Of a stretch of 64,000 nucleotides of DNA, positions 38,106 through 50,720 are shown in pieces; within the stretch, counting starts at the first letter, position 1; each line of letters opens with the position of its first letter. The translations under genes and the position numbers were made by a program. The DNA is taken from NCBI RefSeq assembly GCF_018350175.1, contig NC_058368.1, forward strand, positions 111,788,001 through 111,852,000, given 5' to 3'. Below the pieces are notes generated by a model, which saw only the letters and a list, made by a program, of their open reading frames with translations, made no database searches and was not told the DNA's origin. Origin of the DNA: Felis catus (taxonomy: Eukaryota).

Positions 38106-39499
38106 GCACTTATATTTATGTTTACTGTGTCTTACCCAGCATTTCTGGATGATTATGGTGGGTGGGTGACCCAGCACATTGGCAGGAGCTGGAGGCCTCC
38201 CTCTATAGTACACTTATCTCAGTCCTCCCTGGGCACACAGAAGGTCCTGTTTCTTAAGAGGCCTCAGGGGCTCAGTGCAGGGGCACCCAGGGGAAGGAAA
38301 AGACCCAATTTCTCTGTATGGGCTTCTTGTCTGAGAGAGGATAGGGCATATAGACACAAGGAGGTTGAAGAGGAAGGGACCCCCATGCATTTATTGAGCA
38401 CCTATCGGGCATGTGCAAGATCCTGTGTCTGTACCACGCCTGTCTACTCCTATCGTCTTACTCTATCCTCACAACAACTTTTGAAAGACTCAGAAATGTC
38501 AAGCAATGTACCCAGGGTCTCACATCAAGCCGGTGGGCTGAGCTGAGAAGCCAAGTCTACCCCTTCTCCTAGTCCAGTGCTTCTTCAGAAGACAAGGTGC
38601 AGGCGGGCCTGCCTGCCCGGAGCAGGTGCGTGGGAGGCTGCATGACCTTTCATGGACAACTCCGCTTGCCCGAGTCTCTGAGCTTGTGTTGGCAACATGG
38701 CGGTGGGCACCAGTGAGTAGGGGCTTTGGGCAGATTTCCCCCCTCCCCTTTTCATGATGGTTGTGGAAGTTCCAAAGGAACAGATAAGTAAACCTCTTGA
38801 ATGGGGTGCGGGGATACCGTACTACATGTGAGGGCAGGGGGCTGTGGTGTGGTTGGGGCTAGAGGGGCCACATCTGGAGCCACTGGTGAGCGGGGCATGG
38901 ACGCTTTGGGAAGAGAGACAGGTGTGTGTGTGTGGATGGGGGCTTGGCCAGGAGACCATGTTTCAGACTCTGTATGAGTCTAGCTGCCGTGCTGTTGGGT
39001 CATTGCCAAACACTTAGCGGCCGTGACTCCCCGGGCCCCGGACCCTTGGGTATTTGTTTTTTTAATGACGATTCATTCCCAAGGATGGCAACAGCTTTAG
39101 CCCACAAGTCTGAACTTAGATCTTGTCTCCCAACCCAGCGGTGTTTGCTTATGCCTTTTCCGTTGAGAAAGTCCCATTCCGTGTCTTCTCCCTGGCACTG
39201 CCCCCACCCCCGGGCAGTCATGACATGTCAGGCTCCAGCATATGGTCATGGCAGAACAGAAAGAGACTGCTCCTCAGGGTGCACGGGGCCCGTGGGCTGC
39301 GTCCCCACCACTGTCCCAGTCAGCAGGGGCAGGAGGCTGTCGCGCACAGGAGTGATCGGGGGCAGCTCAGCTGCCCCAAGCAACGCCTGGAGCTGGCCGT
39401 AGGTTCACCAAGGCTTCCTGGCCCAGCAACCTGCAAGCTGGAACCTCTGGGTGGGGTTCTGTGATGGGAAGGGAAACCCCAGGGCCGGGTGGGGAACAG

Positions 39500-39715
39500 A
39501 GTGGTTAAGAAAGCGGACGCTGGAGTCAGACAGAGCTGGATTCGGGTCCTGGCTCTGTCAGTTGGTTTGTGACCTCGGGCAAGTTCTTTAACTTCTCAGA
39601 GCCTCAGTTTCCCTGCCTCTGAGAACAGGAGTAACAACTGTACGTGGCCCTGTGTGGCTGCTGAGGGCCTTCCACACAGGACCCGACACGTGGTAAGCAA
39701 GCAGTAAATGCCACC
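39500..39715 (+). mobile_element. MIR
   Basis: GTGGTTAAGAAAGCGGACGCTGGAGTCAGAC...GTGACCTCGGGCAAGTT...GAGCCTCAGTTTCC. Confidence 0.85.
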
Positions 39716-40079
39716 TGTTGTTGTCATCGCCGTCCATGTTGAAGGGACCCTGGAGGCCATGGTGCCCGATTGTGTTGGCTCTGGTCTGAGCAACAAGAGG
39801 AAAGCCCAGACGAAAAAGCCCAGTAACTTAGAACTTGGGTGTAGAAATTGAGTGGTCGGTGTTGGTGCGATTGTGGCCCTTTAGCTGTGGGAGGAGGCTG
39901 TCTGAAGGCCCAGAGGGGTGACCCGGTGGTCACAGGGGATGGCCACTCCCCACAGCGTTCTCCAGAAGCCTGGCAAGTAAACCTGCTGCTCCCCACTCAG
40001 ATCGGCTGGCTAGAGGCCAAGGAGGCTGCAGTGATGCACCCGTGCCTCAACCTGACTTGGGCTTCCAAGGGCCTTTCTT

Positions 40080-40102
40080 TTTTTAGAAAAAAAATTTAAT
40101 GT

Positions 40103-40137
<35 letters not shown>

Positions 40138-40553
40138 TTTTATTTATTTATTTTTTTAACATTTATTTATTTTTGGGACAGAGAGAGACACAGCATGAAC
40201 GGGGGAGGGGCAGAGAGAGAGGGAGACACAGATACGGAAACAGGCTCCAGGCTCCGAGCCATCAGCCCAGAGCCCGATGCGGGGCTCGAACTCCCGGACC
40301 GCGAGATCGTGACCTGGCTGAAGTCGGACGCTTAACCGACTGCGCCACCCAGGCGCCCCTAATGTTTATTTATTTTTGAGAGGGAGGGTACAGGAGAGGG
40401 GCTGAGAGAGAGAGAGACATGGAATCAGAAGCAGGCTCCAGGTTCTGAGCGGTCAGCACAGAGCCCAATGCGGGGCTTGAACTCTCGAACCACGAGATCA
40501 TGACCTGAGCTGAAGAGACGGTCACTCAACTGACTGAGCCACCCAGGGGCCCC
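40080..40553 (-). mobile_element. Young felid-type Can-SINE (about 40100-40359) nested in the tail of an older Can-SINE
   Basis: Outer TSD caagggcctttctt (40066-40079 / 40556-40569); inner repeat taatgtttatttattt; (TTTA)n tail. Confidence 0.92.
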
Positions 40554-40922
40554 TGCAAGGGCCTTTCTTAACCTGAAGCGGCCTGGGTTCCTGGGGATGG
40601 GAATCCGGAGAGAAAGCAGACATGCGAGGACCCCAGAAAGAATTAGGAGAAAGCCACCAAGCCTGTTGTTTGGGAAAAGATAGCTGGTCATTCTCTAACC
40701 TGCAGGGTGCTTGCGACTGCGGTTGTATCGGGCCCTGCAGGCTCAGTCATCTGCAAAAGTAGGCGTTCAACCTGGGTATCTGGGCTCTGGAGCCCGCTCT
40801 GGAGCTGGCTGTTCTCAGCTGTAGTATACCTGTGTGCCTGGGGGCTGTCCAGAGCCTGCTCCCTGGGCCCTCCGTGGCCCTGCACTGCCCACGTTTCACA
40901 GTCTGCTAAGATTTTGCAGGAT

Positions 40923-41155
40923 GGGGGCGCCTGGGTGGCTCACTTGGTTAAGTGTCCAACTTTCACTCAGGTCATGATCTCCTGGTCGTGATCTCTTGCA
41001 GTTCGTGAGTTCAAGCCCTGCGTCAGGCTCTGTGCTGACAGCTCAGAGCCTGGATCCTGCTTTGGATTCTGTGTCTCCCTCTCTCTCTGCCCCTCTCCTG
41101 CGTGTGCATGTGCTCTCTCTCTCTCTCTCAAAAATACATAAACATTTTAAAAAAA
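40923..41155 (+). mobile_element. Can-SINE with small internal duplication
   Basis: caggtcatgatctc is followed by ctggtcgtgatctc. Confidence 0.9.
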
Positions 41156-41534
41156 GGTATTCACAGTATAGAAAATGGACTCAAAAATCAAGTGGCAGGA
41201 GTCTTGCATTTGAAGCTTCTCGGGTGGTACTCTGAAAGGTGTGTGTGGGGTGCAGTCTGGTGGGGAACGGCTGAGGGCATCATGGACCCTGGGGCCCACC
41301 CAGCCATGGGAAAGGGACTTTGTGTCTCCTGGACCAGAAGGTACTCTCACAGTCACATTCGTCAGGTGACACTAGGAGCCCAAGAGCTTTGTAGGGAAAG
41401 CTGTACCTCACTGAATGGATTTCCTTCCCTTGGTGACAGATTCTGTTAATCCTTTCCTGATAATGACAGCTTACCTTTCTGTTTTTGTAGATACGAGGAG
41501 CATTTATGTCCTGAGGGTCTATGAAGACCCTCTC

Positions 41535-42058
41535 GTCAATAGAGTCCTGCCCCCCAAAGATATCCACATCCTAATCCTCAGACCCTGTGAACGTGTGTGT
41601 TCCCTTGCATGGCACAGGTGACTGCCAGGTGTGATTAAGTTAAGGGTTTTGGGACGGGGAGCTTACCCTGGATTTTCCGTTGGGCCCAGTGTTTTCACAA
41701 GAGCCCTTGTCAGTGAGTGAGGGAGGCGGAGTGTCAGAGTCAGAAACGGAGAAGAGATTATGGAAGCACAGGTCAGAGAGAGGCAGAGAGAAGTTAGAAG
41801 ATGCTTCTGGAATGGCTTTATAGAGGGGGGAGAGGCACAAGCCCAAGGATGCAGGCAGCCTTGGGAAGCTGCAAAAAGGCAAGGAAAAAAATTCTCCCCT
41901 TGAACCTCAAGAAGGAGCACAGCTTGGTGATGCCTTGATTTTTTGTGTAGTGAGACACAGGTGGGACTTGTGACCCCCAGAACCGTAAGATAACTTGTGG
42001 TGTTTCAAGTTACTAAGTTCCCGGTAATTTGTTACGGCAGCAGCGGGAAACTAATACA
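41535..42058 (+). mobile_element. MaLR solo LTR (MLT1C/D-like)
   Basis: CCCCCAAAGATATCCACATCCTAATCC...TTTGTTACGGCAGCAGCGGGAAACTAATACA. Confidence 0.85.
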
Positions 42059-43764
42059 GACACTAAGACCTGAGGTTCGGGGCAGGAGACGGTGAGTGCA
42101 GTGCGTGTCCTAGACCCACCCCAGAGATCTGTCTCCTGCCTCACCCTCCTGGGCTCCAGAGCAGGGATCCAGACCGCCCCTCTTCAGCAGAGCTTCATGG
42201 GTGGGTGTGTCCTTAGCCCGTGTGTCCTCATGAGCATGCGTTTCCTTCAGGGCTAAGTCTAACAGCACATTAGGAGCAAAGAGAAGGGAGGGTAATCACG
42301 CGTGACATGGAACCACCGTTCCATGCACCTTCTTTCCTATGGAGTCAGGACTGTGGACTTTTTGACCACACTTTGTCTCCCTTTGGTTGCTTTCTTCCAT
42401 AATTTTTGGCTCTAGGTCTGTGCTCCAGAGTACAGAAGCTCCCAGGAAGGTGAGTGCCAGCCAAGAGATGGGTTTCAAGTGCAGTCAGGGAACCACAGGG
42501 AGCCCACTCCACGTTCATGGCTGTAGACAAGCCAACATGGCCATGGGATCTGTGAGGTTTTTTTCAGAAATACCTTTGGCTTTGGTGTATCCGAGAGCAA
42601 GCGCTAAACCACTCTCTTCACCATGGCTTGCAGAAGTGAGCCTACCACTGGCAGTGGGCTTTGTTGAGAGGAACTGTTGGGTTGCAGGGATGGACAAGCG
42701 GGGTTCGGGGCGGGGGAGGTGAGGATAGAGGCAAACAGCCTTGGGGTTTTGCTTTATTTAAGGCCTCAGGAATCTTCCCTGAACAGGCCAGCCTTTGCCC
42801 ATGGAGGGCTTCCTCCCAGAACTGGATTGGTTTGCATATCCCTGGACCTTTTAACAACTTAGAAAAACACTTCAGTTCTTTATCCAAAGAGGAATTTAGC
42901 ACAGACAATTACCACGGGCTTTAGGCATTTCAAGGTTGTTATAAAGGAAGCTGGGGCAAAAACAAAAAGGCAGAAGGACCGAGACAGCACTGCTTGATTT
43001 CCAGCACTGATACAAGACTGGTCCCTGGATCTTGAGCAGACCCCTCTGTACCTGGTTCTTAGTTTCCCTGTCTCCTACATACACATTCCCCATGGGTCCA
43101 TCCACTTCTGACTTGTACCCTTCATTGATTCCAGGCTTGAACATGGCTGCAGGTTTGCAAGACTTCACACCGAGGAGTCCTTGATCCATTCAGAAACAAA
43201 GAGAAACTGTTTTGTGAGTTATTAAAAAAAATTTCCCTTGGAAAGTAAGAATTCCACAAAGGTAGTTAGCACACAGTCCTCAGAATTTGCAGAGAGATAC
43301 CAATTGTCCCAATAATTCCAGAGCAGGATGTGGCAGAGAGCTAGATGCCAGCCTGCCGTCCCTCCCTGCCCCACCCCTCCCTGAGAGCAACCAGAGGGGC
43401 TCCCATCAGCCTGGCCTCTGCTGGCTGGGATGCTGCAGGGACTGGCTTCTCAGGAGCCACAATTACCAACTGCCTGTGGAGTGAGGGTTTGATCTCCGAC
43501 AGCAGATAATACATTGTTCCCATGCACTAAACCAATTCCCCTGAGCCCTGGAAACATGATAATTCCACCCTCTCTCTGCCGTCACTAACTCACGCCAAGA
43601 AACCACACTAAACCATGATGCTGAAATTAAAATAATGCCTTTGTAGATCTGCTGATTACAAAATTCTAGGTGGGTTTCTTGACACTAAGTTTTTCTCAGT
43701 GATTCAGGGGCTTGCTGTCCTCCCATGCCTGGGGTACTTTGCATTACAGCGTTTATGATTGTCG

Positions 43765-44100
43765 CCCTGGAGCCTTGAAGAGCTGGGATTGAATCCAGTT
43801 CTGTCCCTGTTTCCTATGTGACCTTAAGTAAGTTATTTAACCTTTTCTGTTCCCTTGTTCTCAGGGGAGAATGGGATCTTCCTCACAGAGCTGTTAGGGC
43901 ACTAAGCTACCGTTTATTGAGTGCTTACTGTGTGCTGGGGCACATGTACCCTGCCATTTAGCATTCGCAGTGACTTCATGGTGGTGGCGTCCAGGGGGGT
44001 AGTATTGTTCCTATTTTATAGATAAGTTGCAGACCCCGAGAAGCCAAGTGACTCACCCAAGTCCACAGCTGGTGAGCAGCACAGCTGGGACTCGAATCTG
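43765..44100. mobile_element. Two adjacent MIR fragments in opposite orientations
   Basis: GTGACCTTAAGTAAGTTATTTAACC (plus), then TTTATTGAGTGCTTACTGTGTGC...ATTTTATAGATAAG (minus). Confidence 0.65.
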
Positions 44101-44129
44101 GAAGTGGACTCAAACGTCCTCCCTCTCTC

Positions 44130-44181
44130 TCTTTTTGTTAATGTTTATTTATTTACTTTTGAGAGTGAGCAGGGGAGCAGC

Positions 44182-44212
<31 letters not shown>

Positions 44213-44338
44213 CAGAGAATCTAAAGCAGGCTCCACACTGTCAGCACGGAGCCCCATATGGGGCTCAAACTCACAAGCTATGAGATCATGGCCTGAGCTG
44301 AAGTTGGACGTTTAACTGACTGAGCCACCCAGGGGCCC
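44130..44338 (-). mobile_element. Can-SINE
   Basis: Head, (GA)n tract and tail. Confidence 0.9.
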
Positions 44339-46959
44339 GCAGTCATATGTCCTCTTTCTCAACCACTGAGACAATCCTTGCCCTTGGAAGGGCTTGCGTG
44401 CAGTAGGTACACAGTACAAATGAACGGACAAAGAGAAGAGAGCTGAGTGCGTTGTCTGTAAACCTGATCCCAAGGAGTGTGTCAGGTCTCATGCATGAAA
44501 CCTGGATTCCCAGGATCTCAGCATGATGGCAGGCAGGCAGATGGCCTCCTTGGGGATTGTTCCAGGGCACGGCTGGGCAGCAGAAGGCCCTCTGGAGTGC
44601 CTGAGCAGTCTTCTCCCCTCCCTCCGGGGCAGGCAGGGATGTCTAGAGTTCGAGCCCAGATCCTAGATCCTGGAGGCAGGCGCAGCGTTGCTTAGATTTA
44701 AGGAGTAAGTTCAAAGCAGAAAGGAAGCTCTCTTAAAAACGAAGGGCAGTGTGGGTGTCAGGGCCAAGGGAGGATGGTTGAGAATTCCCAGTAAAACTTT
44801 ACAGCTTCCGCACTTCTGCTCCTCTCAATCTTCCCATGAAAACCGCACGTCTGGGGGAGTGTCTCGACTGAGTGAGGCCAGGAGCCACCCCTTAGCCCCG
44901 CCAGGCAAGGCTTTCCGGCTTCATTAGTGCCCGCGCACAGCCCTGGTGGACGGCAGCCGGCTAATTGGGGGCCACACGGCAGGCCTGCAGGGAGGAGAAG
45001 TGACCACCAGTGCCCGTGGGGGCCGGGATGGCCCCGACGCTGCCCGCCCACCCTGCTGGCCCTGCATCTGGGCAGAGGACACTCTGCTCTTGTCCCTTTT
45101 ATGCGTATTGACTTAGCGGAGTGCAAACATGTTAAAAGTTCACTTTCTCCTTTATAGGAGTCTATAAAAAGGCTCTTAAACTGGAGTCCTAGGGCTTGAG
45201 CGAGACAAATGTAGGATCAGGCCTTAGGGATGGTGTAGTCCGTCCCCCCGCCTTCACGGAGGTGTGAGCCCATTTCGGATGTTGCTTCAGCTTGAAGCCT
45301 GGAAACCCCAGCTTGGCTCATACAACCACAGCAGACCCATGCCAGCGGGCAGAGGGGTCCGGATGTGGGGGCTGCCTGTGCACTCTATCTCTGGTGTGTC
45401 CCTAGTGAAAGTTGGCTGGCCTGCATGGCTCTCTGGGGTGTAACAGCAGGAGAGTTGGCCTTGCCCAGGGCCAGTGGGGGGTGCCTGAGATCCCGGGGTC
45501 TCTAAGCAAGTACAGGAGAGGAAGTGTCCCACGTGCCCAGCATCTGGCTAAGTGAACTTCCTGATCATCGGCCCTGGTGACTTAGAGCCTAGGATGGCCT
45601 GTTGGGGTGCTGGAGAGGGTGGGGGTGCAGGATGGACTTGTACCTCTGGGGTCCTTGTGTGGCCACAAGAACCACAGAGCCCACGGCATGCCCTGTCCAT
45701 GTAAAATGCTCCCTTTAAAGAGTGACTTGGTAATCAAGTGATGAGCCCTGTAGTCAAGACTTGCGAGTGGGGGGGGGGGGGGGAGGCGGGCAGTTTGCAG
45801 GCTTTGGGAAACTGCTTTTGTTCCTCAGCCCTCAGTTTCTCCGTTTGTCAAGCTGGGGGGACCTCCCTGCCCTGCCTGCCTGCCTCTCAGGGTTGTCGTA
45901 AGGCTACAGCGGGAGAGAGGCATTTGGGAATGGTGGGTGGGACAAAGGTGCTTTATGGCCCAGAGGGACCTGATCTGCAGAAGGTGACCCTGGCACTCCT
46001 TTGTTCAGCAGACAGCTAATGGAGGGGTGAGAGAATGAATGTGCTGGGGCTCACTCCCAGGGCCTGGCCAGTCACTGTGTCCTCCTCGCTGTGTCTCAGT
46101 GTATTCTATTCTGTAGGTATGGCTTTGGGCAGGAACACAGGATCTGGTCCCACTCACAGGCACACACCCTGGGGCATCTCCCTGATACTGGCTGTCCCTT
46201 TTGGCTCTGCTGATCTGCCCCTCGCATTGGGCCGTGCTGTCCGAAGAGGTGTGGCAGCGCGGCGGGGGCCTCCATCTGTGGTCTCCCCACGTGGCGCCTG
46301 GGCCCAGTAAGCAGGTCCCTCTGGGCACCAGGGGTGGTTGATGGGGCCAGAGCAGCCCCAGTGGTCAGCAGCAGCCTTCACAGGCCTGTCCAGCCCAAGG
46401 TATTCCTCCCGGCAACCAGGGGAGAGCATGCGCCTTGGCCTAGGCTCAAACAGGTATGAGCTTTCCTGAGAGCAGGAAGTATTCAAAGCTAAGAGAAAGG
46501 CAGGAAGGGGATAGAAACCTTTTGGAAAGAACAGTTACCCTCCGAGTGTAAATCTGGTCAAAGCACAGAAGAAGGTTAGCGTGGGTTCTGTACCTGATGG
46601 GCAGGCTGGCTTTCAAGTCCAAATTGGCCTTGCCTCTCTACCTTGCTTGAATTCTTTACTCTCTCTGAGTCCATTTTGTCACAAGTAAGGTGGTGATAGG
46701 TCACAAACTGTAGAGTATTTGGGGAGCGGGGGGAGTTTAATGCAATGAGTGTGAGGCACCCAGTGCAGTGCCTGGAACACAGAAATGTTCACTACATGGA
46801 TATTATTATTTCTACCACCATGATTTTCACTATCGGTAGCATAGAACCATTGGTTGATCGAAATGCCCTGGCCATGGTTGTTGCTCCGTACGCTAAGTTA
46901 AATGGTATGAAAAGCTTGGAGTGTCACCCTGAAGAGCTCCACCAACTCAGGTTCCAGAA

Positions 46960-47110
46960 CAGTGTTGCCCAATACAATAGCCACTAGCCACATGTGCCCA
47001 CCCAGTGAGGACTTAAAATGTGATAAGTAAAAATGAGAAACTGAATTTGAAATTGTACTTAATTTTAATTTAAATAGTCGCATGTGGTTCATGTGTACCA
47101 TATTGGTCCT
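46960..47110. mobile_element. MER3-like hAT-Charlie MITE
   Basis: CAGTGTTGCCCAATACAATAGCCACTAGCCACATGTG...TTTAATTTAAATAGTCGCATGTGG...ACCATATTGG. Confidence 0.7.
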
Positions 47111-47799
47111 GAAGGTTCTAGAAGGTTCCCTCCAAAATGGACATGGCCTAGGTCTTCTCTGAGCTGTGTTAGCACCGGATGGAGAAGGGTTTACTACTAA
47201 CTCCAGCACTTCCAGCTACAAACAATAAGGTTGGGGTTACACATGGTGTTGGTAACCACCTGGCCAGATTCCTTTAAACTTGGCCCGCATGAAGATGAAC
47301 TGGCTGCTCTCAAACACTGACCATAGCCAGAGTTTGGATTCTGGCCATGGCAGGTGCCTGGCTTCTAACCTTTATGGGAATCAGAGCAATAGTAAGAAAT
47401 AGATCACGTGTATTGAAGTATTTGGCCCTGACACTGTGTTGCCAACTCTATTTCACAGATGAGACCACACCCCCAAGAGGTGGGGTGACTTAACTCGCTC
47501 CTCCTCCCTTCTCCGACCACAAAAATAGAGGCCCAGCCCGTCTCCTACTATCGGAATGCCAAAGTATGGCTCAAGGTCACGGGCTGCAGAGCAGTGTTTC
47601 CCCAGCCAGAGTAGGGAGTAGCTTCCCATTTTATAGCTGTGAGAGTGAAGGCTCAGAGGGTCCAGAGGACCTCCCCGGAGGTCACAGGGAGTTGGTCATT
47701 CCATGAGGAGGCAGTACGGTACTCAGGGCCCGCTGGTCCCTGAAGATCACTTCTCCTGTCACCCAAGTCCTCCCTGCCCTGCTTCGACTTCCTGTGGCC

Positions 47800-48270
47800 A
47801 CTGTCAGGGTGGACAGGCCGCACCGCAGGGCACGTCCACACGAACTGGAGTGAGGGCAGGGCCCCGAGTGGGGTGGTCCTGCCTCAGCGGAGCGGGGTGC
47901 ACTGGTGGGGGACTGACAGCTGACGGCCTTAATGGGCACATTGTCCCCTTGCTGCCGAGAGCACCGCCCGGCCACTTCCTCACACGCCGCGCGCTGGATG
48001 AGCTCATGTCTGAGGCTGCGGGCGGCACGGGGCAGCCGAGCTTGGCTGCAAGGAGGCCCGGGGCCCGCGAAGCCCAAGCAGGCTGGGGCCGGCGGAGTCG
48101 TGAAGCAGAACGTTGTAATGAGCGACGCCGGCTGGATTTATGGGGCTGCGCACGTGCGCCTGGCCTTCCTGCGAGGGCCTCCGCACGGGAACAAAAACAA
48201 TTCCTGGCCCGAGAACGGCGCGACTGGGTCTTAACAAGAGCCCACTAATTACTGGAAGGCCCCGGCCAGG
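47800..48270. promoter_or_regulatory. CpG-rich patch / candidate enhancer
   Basis: CpG density is visibly higher than in the flanks. The patch contains TTAATG, CATTGT, TAATGA, GGATTTATGG, AACAAT and TAATTA motifs. Confidence 0.4.
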
Positions 48271-50514
48271 TCCCCAGCCTGTGGAGGAGCAGAGCGTGGG
48301 GCTGGTTCCTGTGTCAGCTTAGGCTTTGCTGGAGTCTTCGGTCTCTACTCAGGAGGCCCAGCGGGAGGCACAAGACATGCCACTTGCTACCTATGGCATT
48401 GCAGAAGCCGCTGACCTCCTCCTCACTTTTCCTCATCTGTAAAATGGGGCGATGTGCCTTCTGAAGCCGGGGGGTGACAGCATACCAGGGTGAACAAGGG
48501 TGGACCTCGCAGATGGCCCGTTTCTGGTTCTGAGTCTTGGTTATCTGCCTCGTTCTGCTGTGTGGCTTGCCGAGAAACTTCACCTCTCTGAGCCAGGCTC
48601 CCTCACCTAGAAAGTGGGGATAACGGTGCTCAGTTTGCAGGGTGACGAGGAGGATTTGACAAGAGAACGCACGTGGACTCCTTAGTGTACCAGGTACTCA
48701 AACCGCTGCCACCTCTGCACGCGGTCACGGCTGGCTGTGTTACTGTCATCTTCCTACACAAGCATGCGAGTGGCAGATGGGTTCTTGAAGGCCCTGTGTC
48801 AGTGTGATTCTGCAGCTGTGCTGTGGAGTCTGGGCTTCAGAGGGTCAGACCCATACCCTGTCAGGGGCACGTCGGAGACTCATAGGGGCCAACACGTCCC
48901 TCGTCCTCTTTCCGCTGGTAGAATCTGGGCCTTGGACTGAGAGCGGGGCTTGTCCTGGGGCTGGGTCTGTGAGGAGATCCCTGACTCGGGCTTGTGTGTT
49001 GGGCCATCAGGAAGTGGTGCTAGTCTCCCCCCAAGGACACCTGCCCTGTGGCCAGTACCCTTGCCTGGAAAGTTTGTGCACCAGGCCCCCTGGCACGCAG
49101 GCAAGAAGCTCTTGGCTGCGAGAACTCAGAGGTCTCTCCTGCAAACGTTTTCTACTGTTTTCCCTGTTTATGGATATTGTGGATTTAGCATCTGGCCAGA
49201 AAGTTCCCATGACCACTCCCTTTTCAAATCGAGAGCCAAAGAAAGCAGAAGCACCAGGTGCCACGAGATCTGGGCTGTGGTTAGCAGTGTGGCGAGAGGG
49301 TGCCGTGCCGGGGCCTGGGGCCAACGTCACACTTCACTCTGAAGCCACCGTGTGCCCGCATGAAGCGAGAGATCCAGCAGGGTGGTGCCCCTGGCTGACT
49401 TGCACAGGGATGGATTTTCGGGAATGACCATGTTCTCCCCAATCTTCTCACTGCCTTGTCTGACTCAGGCGGTCTGCCTGGTGACTAGCCTCTGAGGTCC
49501 TGGTGGAGTCTGCTCACGCAGTGATTCCCATCTGGGTCCTTGGGGTAAGACACCGAGGGTGCCCCACAGGGCAAAGGCCCCTCTCCCCGGCCTCATGGAG
49601 GGCAGGGTTTCTTTTGCTTGTCCACTGCTGCACGCCTAGGGCCTCGCCTACTGATGGGTCCAGAGGGCTCAGGGGTTGTGTGTGAGTGAGTGATCCTCGC
49701 TGGGTGATGGGGAGACAGCCGTGTGAACACATGACAGCCATCCAGGAGGCACAGTGTTGTGGCTGCTGAGTGTGCCTGGTGCACCGAGACAGGGCACCTG
49801 GCCTAAACAGACAGGGGATCGGGGAAGGCTTCCTGAAGGAGGAGGAATGGAGGTCTGAGAGCAGAGACCTGAGGGTTGGGCAGGATGACGAAGAAACGGT
49901 GGCCGTGGCATGTTCCAGACTGAGGCACTGGCATACACGGTGGCCTGAAAGCGACGTAAGAGAGGGGTGCAACAGTCTGTACTGGTGGAAAGAGGGGCGG
50001 AGGCGGGGAGGTGAGGCGGGGGGAGGCTGGGCAGCCTTCCTCGGGACCCAGGCCCATGTCCCCTTCAGGAGGCAGCTTCTGAACTTCCATGGGTCCCTCT
50101 TCCCTTGACCGTTCTGCAAACGGAAATGCTGTGCCGTCATCCCAGCCCGTTGTGAGGCCTGAGGCAGCCGTGTGCGTGCACGTGTCTTGTGTGCTGTAAA
50201 GGGCTGCGTGGCTGATGGCTCTGGGTGCTGCCCTGTAGAGGCCCTGGAGTGACTGGGGCCACTTGAGGTCCAGAGGTCCAGGAGGGTTCAGGTGAGGGCC
50301 CCCTGCCTAGCGAGGTTGTTTAGGGGAAGTTGTGAACATCCCCTTGGTCATTTGGATTTGCCCAGAATTAAGGCCGTGAGTAAGCGAGAGTTCCTCACGG
50401 TTGGCCTATCCGTGAGGTGGCGTTTCCCTAACCGGGATGTGCCACAGGGCCAGGTGACCTCTCTCCAGGCCTTTAGGGGCTGCCTCCAGGTGGGACGCCA
50501 CGGGCATGACCTCC

Positions 50515-50720
50515 GTGGCACGTAATGAGGAGCTGCCGGGGTTCAATTAGGCGCCGAATCCGGCACTGCGCCGTGTGACTGACAGCTCATTACCCCACTG
50601 CCATTTTGGGCGGTGGAATTTAATCTCCCAGATGGCAAGCAAATCAATTTGTCCATCCACTGCAGCTGAGCCTGCTCGAAGCCTACTCTAATTTATTCTC
50701 TTAAGCTTCAGAAGCCTTGC
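50515..50720. promoter_or_regulatory. Candidate developmental enhancer
   Basis: Repeat-free with retained CpGs. Motifs: TAATGA, CAATTA, TGACTGACAG (PBX/MEIS-PREP-type decamer), TCATTA, GCCATTTT, TAATCT, CAGATG, AAATCAAT and CTAATT. Confidence 0.45.

Noticed and set aside
5798..44338. Recurrent 'MAQSVKRPTSAQVMIS...' and 'MGQRETEHE...' ORFs that look like a gene family or tRNA genes
   Set aside because: They are translations of Can-SINE copies. The tRNA-like heads are SINE parts, not tRNA genes.
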